A DNA stretch of 64,000 nucleotides, taken from an uncultured Flavobacteriaceae bacterium. Lineage in GTDB: Bacteria; Bacteroidota; Bacteroidia; AKYH767-A; OLB10. Numbering within the stretch: position 1 is the first letter of the stretch; every line of letters starts with the position of its first letter. The stretch spans positions 1,341-65,340 of the forward strand of contig CAYSPG010000017.1 in NCBI GenBank assembly GCA_964432885.1, given 5' to 3'. Shown here in pieces: positions 57,879-64,000 of the stretch. Both the position numbers and the translations under genes were made by a program. The notes under the pieces are model-generated. The model had not been told where the DNA came from and searched no databases. It worked only from the letters and a program-made list of their open reading frames with translations.

Positions 57879-60578
57879 TTAATTGTTATAAACACTTCTA
57901 AAAAAATCAAGGTATTTGGTTACGTCTTTATCAAGTACAAATCTGCGGTAGTTGGTTTCGGTAATGGCAAACACCTTAATGCGCATTTTGTCCATTCCTT
58001 CAAAGGTTTTTTCATCGGTGCCCAGGCTATTAAGATATTGCGTGGCAAGGGTGGCATCTTTAAGCGAGCGTATCATCACATATCCGTTATCATCCATCAG
58101 TGAGTTGGAAATTTTTAAATTAAGTGTGCTGTAATATAAGCTGTTAAAGTTGCTGATGTTTACTTTTATTTTGTTAATGTCAAACCCATTTGACGGAAAA
58201 AATACAATTACCATGTGCGCAGTGTCGGGTGTAAAACGGTAACCCGATTCGGTTTCAACAGAGTTGCTGTTACTGCTTCCGTCTTCAGCGGTTTGCAGGC
58301 TTGCGTTTTTGGCACTATCGCCACCGGCAGGTTGCATACCCTTCATTTTATCCAAAATAGCTTTGGCAAGTATGCTTACCGAATCCTTTGGGTAATTAAG
58401 AATTACTTCTTTTAACGATGCTTCAAAAACAGGGAGTGGCTGTGTGCGACCAATGGCAAGCGCTTTTAAATATGTAAATCGTGGGGCAAGGTTGCCACCC
58501 GGGAAAAGGGAATCGGCAGCCGATTTTCTTTCTATCACATCCTGGTATTGCCCGTTTTTAAATGCTTTAAATGTGTTTTCGTAAAACACCTGCATAATAG
58601 TGGTTTTGCGCTGTGCATCCTTATAATAATTAGGATTGGTAATGATGCGTGCATACTCCGAATCGGGATAGCCATCGGTAATAATTTTTTTGTAGTAGTT
58701 GGCTTTTTCTTCGTTGCCAATGGCAAGATAGCAGCGGTATAAATTATAGTAGGTGGCCAGTTTGTATTTGTTTTCGGGATAGCGCTGCAGCATGCTTTCA
58801 AAACTAACAGCAGCCTCACCGGGAGTTTGCAACGCTTCTTTGTAAATTACACCTGAGTTGTAATAGGCTTCAAGAATTTTTATGTTGCACGAATCTTTTT
58901 GCGATTGCGAAAACGGAAGGTTATCGGTGTAAATTTTCTTGCGTGTTTCGCCATTCAGTTTTCTGATTGAATCCTGCATGGCTGCGTTGGCGGCTTCGGC
59001 TGCTGCATCCACCCCATCGCCTTCGGTACCGTCATTGTTTGCAAGGGTTGATTCTTTTGCACTTCTGCGCCAGTTATCTTCAAGCTTGCGGTTGCCAAAT
59101 TTTTTGGTAAACTCACCAAAGCCAAAGCTTATTGCACTTTGGTTATAAAAATACCAGGCACCACCTACCGAACTGTTTGCTGTGCCCCTGTCGTTTACCT
59201 GCTGCACGGATGACTGGTTAAACTGCTGCTCCTGTTGGTCCTGCTGTTCTTTTTGTTTTTGTGCTTCTTCTTCCTGCTTTTGTTTTTCGGCAGCTTCGTC
59301 TTCGGCTTTTATTATGGCATCCAGTTTTGCGCTGCGTTCGGCTTCGCTCATGCCTGCAAGGGCAAGCATGCTGTCCTGCTCAATGATTATGTTTAGGTTC
59401 TTAATAAGCCTTGATAAATTATTTTTTTTGTTCTGCACCAAAATGTAATCGGGATAATCGTTGGCAATAAATGTGGCAGCACTGTCGTAATACTTTTGTG
59501 CCGAGCGGAAATCACTTTTTCTAAACGTTATTTCGCCCATTTCCAAATACGAAATTCCTTTTTGGTTGGTATTGCTTGTACTTGCAGCCACGCTTGATTG
59601 CAAATGAGCAAATGCCTGCGCAGTATCTTTTTCGCGCATCGAAATGCCAGCAAGTGCATAATAAATCTGGTCTAAATAATCGGCATTTTTTTCGTCCTTA
59701 AGCATTTTGGTAAGCTCACTCTTTACCCTTGCCCCATCCTTGCTATTTACATCAAACGAGCGGGCACGGTTAATTTTTGCATTAAATGCCATCTCGTATT
59801 CAGGATTCATTTTGATTACTTTTTGGTAAAGAGCAAAAGCCGTATCGTTAACTCCTTGCTTTTGATAAAGCTGGGCAAGTATATAGTTATACCTGATTTT
59901 GTCCTGCCTTTTTTTGGCAAGTTTGGCTGCTTTTTTTAAATCAAAAATTGCTTCGGGAAATTCTTTTTTCTTAATGTGATAGTCGGCTGCAACTGCAGAA
60001 AAGAGAGGTTTGTATTTTTTAGGAAACTCTTTTTCACTGTTTAAAAAATCGAGCAGGTATTCGGCATCGGCCATTTTACCCAATTGCATTTGGGCCTGCA
60101 TAAGCCACACCAATCCTTCAAATCGTATTTGCTTTTCCTTATAGGTTGATGCTACATACTGAAAGGTTTCGATGGCTGTCCAGTTATCATGTTTATAAAA
60201 CTGTGCCTTGCCTATAACCATGTAATTGTTTGGTATCCATTTGCAGCGCTCTTTGCCATTAATAAACATGCTGTGGCGCTGTATTACCAGCGAACTTTTT
60301 TTAATGGCCTCGTCCATGTCAGGAAAAATGGCTTTGGCCTTGTCATCGGTGCTGTATTTAAAAACACTCAGCAAGCGGTCGTACCGGTCTTCGTGCGAAG
60401 CGGCCAGTGTTTTGCCACCTTCTTTTACGCGTTCGCGGGCATTAAAGTACCCGTTATAATGTGCGGTAAGGTTATGGTAAGCGCGGTTTACTACTGTATT
60501 TTTTTTTGTTGAGCACGAAAAAGAAAATACGGTGCAGGCTGTTAAAATAAAAATTTTGTGTGCAGATGCTTGTTTCAA
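57879..60578 (-). CDS. TPR-repeat lipoprotein with a Q/E-rich coiled-coil segment (SprE/PorW-like possibility, unverified)
   Basis: Lipobox FSFSCS. Multiple TPR-like helices (YYALAGI, AQLYQKQG..). Central EDEAAEKQKQEEEAQKQKEQQDQQEQQ. 899 aa. Confidence 0.55.
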   Translation of the reverse strand: MKQASAHKIFILTACTVFSFSCSTKKNTVVNRAYHNLTAHYNGYFNARERVKEGGKTLAASHEDRYDRLLSVFKYSTDDKAKAIFPDMDEAIKKSSLVIQRHSMFINGKERCKWIPNNYMVIGKAQFYKHDNWTAIETFQYVASTYKEKQIRFEGLVWLMQAQMQLGKMADAEYLLDFLNSEKEFPKKYKPLFSAVAADYHIKKKEFPEAIFDLKKAAKLAKKRQDKIRYNYILAQLYQKQGVNDTAFALYQKVIKMNPEYEMAFNAKINRARSFDVNSKDGARVKSELTKMLKDEKNADYLDQIYYALAGISMREKDTAQAFAHLQSSVAASTSNTNQKGISYLEMGEITFRKSDFRSAQKYYDSAATFIANDYPDYILVQNKKNNLSRLIKNLNIIIEQDSMLALAGMSEAERSAKLDAIIKAEDEAAEKQKQEEEAQKQKEQQDQQEQQFNQSSVQQVNDRGTANSSVGGAWYFYNQSAISFGFGEFTKKFGNRKLEDNWRRSAKESTLANNDGTEGDGVDAAAEAANAAMQDSIRKLNGETRKKIYTDNLPFSQSQKDSCNIKILEAYYNSGVIYKEALQTPGEAAVSFESMLQRYPENKYKLATYYNLYRCYLAIGNEEKANYYKKIITDGYPDSEYARIITNPNYYKDAQRKTTIMQVFYENTFKAFKNGQYQDVIERKSAADSLFPGGNLAPRFTYLKALAIGRTQPLPVFEASLKEVILNYPKDSVSILAKAILDKMKGMQPAGGDSAKNASLQTAEDGSSNSNSVETESGYRFTPDTAHMVIVFFPSNGFDINKIKVNISNFNSLYYSTLNLKISNSLMDDNGYVMIRSLKDATLATQYLNSLGTDEKTFEGMDKMRIKVFAITETNYRRFVLDKDVTKYLDFFRSVYNN

Positions 60579-60719
60579 AACGATAAATAAATTGAAGGTA
60601 TAGGGTATACTAAACTCAAATTTGTTAAAATTATTGCGTGTAAATCAGGCTTTGTTTATTTACGATATTTGCCCGTAAAACACAGCAAACATAACAAACC
60701 TTTTCTGCATTACCTAACT

Positions 60720-61598
60720 ATGGCCGAAGAGCAAAAAAAGGAACGAAAAAAAATTATACGCAAGCTAAGCAACAAGTTCAGGCTGGTGGTAATGAATGAT
60801 GAAACGCTTGAGGAAAAAGCCTCGTTGCGGCTGTCGCCACTTAATGTATTTGTGTTTACGGGCAGCTTAATTATTGCATTAATTACACTTACCATTTATG
60901 TAATTGCTTTTACCGGCTTGCGTGAGTACATACCCGGCTATACCGATGTTACCGTAAAACGAAAAGCGGTGCATACCATACAACGCACCGATTCCATAGA
61001 AGCACAGCTTGCCTCGCAGGAGCTTTATATAAACAATCTTAAGGCTATACTTAGCGGTGATGTATCAAAAAATATTTCGCTCGACACGGTTACATCAGCC
61101 CAACTGTATGATACCATACACAGCCTTAAACACAGCCAAACCGATTCGCTGCTGCGATTGGAAATTGAACAGCAGGATAAGTACAATCTTTCGGTTGGTA
61201 ACGAAGCCGGCAGTGGCAGTATAAGTAATTTTTATTTTTTTACACCGGTAAAAGGTACCATTACCACTAAATTTAACTCCACCGAAAAACATTTTGGCAT
61301 TGATGTGGTGGCAGCACCAGATGCAGTTATTAAAAGCACGCTTGACGGCACGGTGGTAATGAGCGATTGGACAGCACAAACCGGATATGTGATAGCTATA
61401 CAGCACAGCAATAATTTGTTTTCGGTGTATAAGCACAACTCGGCACTGATGAAAAGCGCTGGCAATGTGGTAAAGGCGGGTGAGGTAATTGCAATCATTG
61501 GCAACTCAGGCGAACTGTCAACCGGCCCGCATTTGCATTTTGAACTGTGGTATAATGGCGCACCGGTAAACCCAACAGATTATATAGCGTTTGAGTAA
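60720..61598 (+). CDS. M23-family peptidoglycan DD-metalloendopeptidase
   Basis: HxxxD as HFGIDV and the C-terminal GNSGELSTGPHLHFELW (HxH). Has an N-terminal TM anchor. The ORF could start earlier at 60669. Confidence 0.85.
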   Translation: MAEEQKKERKKIIRKLSNKFRLVVMNDETLEEKASLRLSPLNVFVFTGSLIIALITLTIYVIAFTGLREYIPGYTDVTVKRKAVHTIQRTDSIEAQLASQELYINNLKAILSGDVSKNISLDTVTSAQLYDTIHSLKHSQTDSLLRLEIEQQDKYNLSVGNEAGSGSISNFYFFTPVKGTITTKFNSTEKHFGIDVVAAPDAVIKSTLDGTVVMSDWTAQTGYVIAIQHSNNLFSVYKHNSALMKSAGNVVKAGEVIAIIGNSGELSTGPHLHFELWYNGAPVNPTDYIAFE

Positions 61599-61599
61599 A

Positions 61600-62685
61600 T
61601 CAACAATTGGATTTTATGCCCTCCATATATTTTTCGATAAGCCGTGGCAATGCATATTTGGTTTTTAATTGCTTTAGGGTAGCGTCTAAAAATCCATGAG
61701 CAGCATTTATTTTTTTTTCGCACTTTAAGTGGATGAATACGGCATGTATTATTTGATGTGAAAGCACATGCTTATATTGATGGCTGACATTTTTAATTGT
61801 TGCGGGGTTGCCATATAATAAAATTTTTAGCTCATGTGAAGCCATTATTTTTTTAAGTGTTGATTTAGTTTTGGTTTCAATAAGCGGAAAATCGTACATG
61901 TTTTTCCAAATATCGTTAGCGGTGCGTTTGCGCAGTAAAAATTTTTTGTTGTGCTCAATAACAAGGTAGTAAAAGTAGCGGTGCTTTATTTTCGGCTTTT
62001 TTTGTTTTACCGGAAACAGTGCCTGCGTTTTTAATTTAAAAGCAAGGCAGTGCGCTGCAACAGGGCAGATTGGGCAAAGCGGGTTTTGCGGTTTGCAAAC
62101 AAGCGCGCCCAGTTCCATAATGGCATTGTTGTGGAGAGCAGCATTTTTTGGGTCTAAAATTTGGGAAGCAAGCTGCTGAACTATTTTTTTTCCTTTTGCT
62201 GTTGCCATATCTTCGTTAACAGCAAAAAGTCTTGAAAGTACGCGCACCACATTGCCATCAACTACAGCATGTGGCAAATTGTAAGCAAACGATGCAATGG
62301 CCGCTGCGGTATAAGCGCCAATCCCTTTTAGTTTTAGTAACCCGGTGTAGCTGGCCGGGAAAACACCTTTGTGCCGGGATGAAATAATTTTGGACGTGTG
62401 ATGCAGGTTGCGGGCACGGGAGTAGTAGCCAAGGCCCTGCCAGAGTTTTAAAACAGTTTGTTGGTTTGCACGTGCCAGCTTATTTACATCACTAAATTTG
62501 AGAATAAAACGGTTGTAATAATCAAGACCCTGTTCAATGCGGGTTTGCTGAAAAATAATTTCGCTGAGCCAAATTTTATAGGCATCGGTGGTGTTGCGAA
62601 ATGGCAAATCGCGCTTGTTTTTTTTATACCAGCCAATGAGCTTTTGTGATAGCAACATTACTGCAAATAAAAAGCAAAGTAGCAA
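61600..62685 (-). CDS. mutY: A/G-specific adenine DNA glycosylase
   Basis: HhH-GPD motif (LKGIGAYTAAAIASFAY). Four-Cys [4Fe-4S] loop C.P.C...C.....C. C-terminal NUDIX-like domain. Confidence 0.9.
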   Translation of the reverse strand: MLLCFLFAVMLLSQKLIGWYKKNKRDLPFRNTTDAYKIWLSEIIFQQTRIEQGLDYYNRFILKFSDVNKLARANQQTVLKLWQGLGYYSRARNLHHTSKIISSRHKGVFPASYTGLLKLKGIGAYTAAAIASFAYNLPHAVVDGNVVRVLSRLFAVNEDMATAKGKKIVQQLASQILDPKNAALHNNAIMELGALVCKPQNPLCPICPVAAHCLAFKLKTQALFPVKQKKPKIKHRYFYYLVIEHNKKFLLRKRTANDIWKNMYDFPLIETKTKSTLKKIMASHELKILLYGNPATIKNVSHQYKHVLSHQIIHAVFIHLKCEKKINAAHGFLDATLKQLKTKYALPRLIEKYMEGIKSNC

Positions 62686-62836
62686 GGTATTATTACTTCG
62701 TAAGAAAATTCAACGATAAAACTTTTCAACATTCACCGTATTTTATTACCAAACAGCTACAATGCGTATTTCATTATAGCCCAAAAAGAATACATTTGCG
62801 CGTTGTAACTAAACTCATTATTAAATTACAATTACC

Positions 62837-63142
62837 ATGACAAAAGCAGAATTAGTAAATGAAATTGGAACTAAAACAGGCATTGATAAAATGGCAGTGC
62901 AAACAGTGATAGAGTCAATGATGAAAGTTGTAAAAGTTTCATTGGTAAACCATGACAATGTTTACCTGCGGGGTTTTGGAAGTTTTGTGGTAAAACGCAG
63001 AGCACAAAAAATAGGCCGCATCATAACCAAGAACGAAGCAATAGTTATACCCGAACATTTTATTCCCGCTTTTAAGCCGGCCAAAACTTTTACCGACAAG
63101 GTAAAAAATGCCCGCAAGAAAAAAGAAGCTCAGCAGGCATAG
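62837..63142 (+). CDS. HU-family DNA-binding protein with a short K-rich tail
   Basis: MTKAELV......G..K......V.......GFG.F.V..R. Arm motif R.GRNP-like (KIGRIITKNE). Confidence 0.9.
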   Translation: MTKAELVNEIGTKTGIDKMAVQTVIESMMKVVKVSLVNHDNVYLRGFGSFVVKRRAQKIGRIITKNEAIVIPEHFIPAFKPAKTFTDKVKNARKKKEAQQA

Positions 63143-63155
63143 TGCGCTTTAGCCA

Positions 63156-63974
63156 ATGGCTGTTACAGGTACCACCAAAGCAATAATTGTTTTATCGGCA
63201 GCAGTATTAATATCGCTGTTGTATTTAGCTCCACGCAAAATATCTAAAACAGGAGATGCCCCAGCGCAGGGAAAAAGTACTGCGATTGCATTTGATTTTG
63301 ATACGTATGTGGAGCAAGCCAAAAAGCAATTGCAGCCCGGAGACATTGCCAGATTGGAAAAATTTTCGACTTCAGTAGAAAATGCATCTGCTGATTCATG
63401 CGCAGCGATATGGGACAAGGTCAGGCAGCCCGGCATATCAGCCTATTATTATGAGCAAAAAGCAAAGACCGATAACTTAGAAAAGAGTTTTATAAATGCT
63501 GCTTATCGCAATTTTGATGCTTTTAAAATGGCTCCCGACTCGGTGCAGCGCAGCTATTTTGTAAATAAGGCAATTGAAAACTACCAAAAGGTTATTGAAT
63601 TAAATCCAAAAAACTTAGACGCGAAAACTGACTTAGGAATTTGTTATGCCGAAGGAACATCTAATCCTATGCAGGGCATTATGATGCTGCGCGATGTGGT
63701 TAAGGAAGATCCAAATCATGAAAACGCCCAGCTAAATTTAGGTTTTCTATCCATAAAATCGGCTCAATATGATAAAGCTATTGAACGGTTTAATACAGTT
63801 TTAAAAATTAACCCGCTGCGCATTGACGCTTACATTTTTTTGGGGCAAACTTATGTGCAAATGGGCGATAAAGAAAAAGCGATTGAAAACCTTGAGAAGT
63901 TTAAATCCCTGAGCAGTGATGATACGATGATTGCCGAAGTGGAGAGTTATATAAAGGAGTTGAAAGGGAAATAG
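63156..63974 (+). CDS. TPR-repeat protein with an N-terminal membrane anchor
   Basis: N-terminal hydrophobic segment and about 4 TPR units (AIENYQKVIELNPKN..., ERFNTVLKINP...). Confidence 0.7.
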   Translation: MAVTGTTKAIIVLSAAVLISLLYLAPRKISKTGDAPAQGKSTAIAFDFDTYVEQAKKQLQPGDIARLEKFSTSVENASADSCAAIWDKVRQPGISAYYYEQKAKTDNLEKSFINAAYRNFDAFKMAPDSVQRSYFVNKAIENYQKVIELNPKNLDAKTDLGICYAEGTSNPMQGIMMLRDVVKEDPNHENAQLNLGFLSIKSAQYDKAIERFNTVLKINPLRIDAYIFLGQTYVQMGDKEKAIENLEKFKSLSSDDTMIAEVESYIKELKGK

Positions 63975-64000
63975 TTTTTTTTAACGACACACAAAACTTT

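Noticed and set aside
60669-60719. Longer N-terminal extension (MPVKHSKHNKPFLHYLT) for the M23 peptidase
   Set aside because: The second Met (MAEEQKK...) leaves a more typical cytoplasmic tail ahead of the TM anchor. The upstream 17 codons have no support, but either start is possible.
1-64000. Mobile elements, prophage, CRISPR, tRNA/rRNA
   Set aside because: No transposase, integrase, phage structural genes, repeat-spacer arrays or tRNA-like cloverleaf candidates were seen in the intergenic regions inspected. Without a tRNA scan I cannot fully exclude a tRNA.

Overview
Low-GC (roughly 38-40% by eye) chromosomal segment with Bacteroidota hallmarks: T9SS C-terminal sorting domains, the giant gliding/T9SS gene sprA, a bamD-rpoZ-coaBC-DUF4835 block and gcvH-sprA-ruvA synteny as in Flavobacteriia-like genomes. 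Coding is dense on both strands. Housekeeping genes include secA, a thiolase, recJ, dxs, pepP, coaBC, gcvH, ruvA, mutY, HU and an M23 peptidase. Cell-surface and secretion content includes a T9SS type-B cargo adhesin with 8 tandem Ig-like repeats, two tandem paralogous FG-GAP beta-propeller proteins with T9SS type-A sorting domains that are translationally coupled to a PSCyt1-like/YVTN beta-propeller lipoprotein, SprA, two FtsX-type permeases and two TPR-repeat proteins (one a lipoprotein). Two glycan biosynthesis/modification loci (24.5-30.4 kb and 38.4-45.2 kb) each carry a UDP-GlcNAc 2-epimerase paralog plus glycosyltransferases, a FemAB-like protein, an AsnB-like amidotransferase and YfhO. 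I found no transposase, integrase, CRISPR array, tRNA or rRNA. Points worth a second look: a signal-peptide-less DRGH-family non-specific endonuclease with a lysine-rich tail 24 bp downstream of the T9SS adhesin and with no inhibitor gene nearby; the FG-GAP/FG-GAP/PSCyt1-YVTN three-gene operon; an orphan B12-binding subunit; a histone H1-like (KAAKK)n protein; an 848-bp AT-rich ORF-free region upstream of bamD; and a pair of direct repeats with hairpins between ruvA and a sigma-54 activator. All functional calls rest on motif and architecture recognition from memory with no database search, so they are hypotheses to be confirmed with HMM searches.
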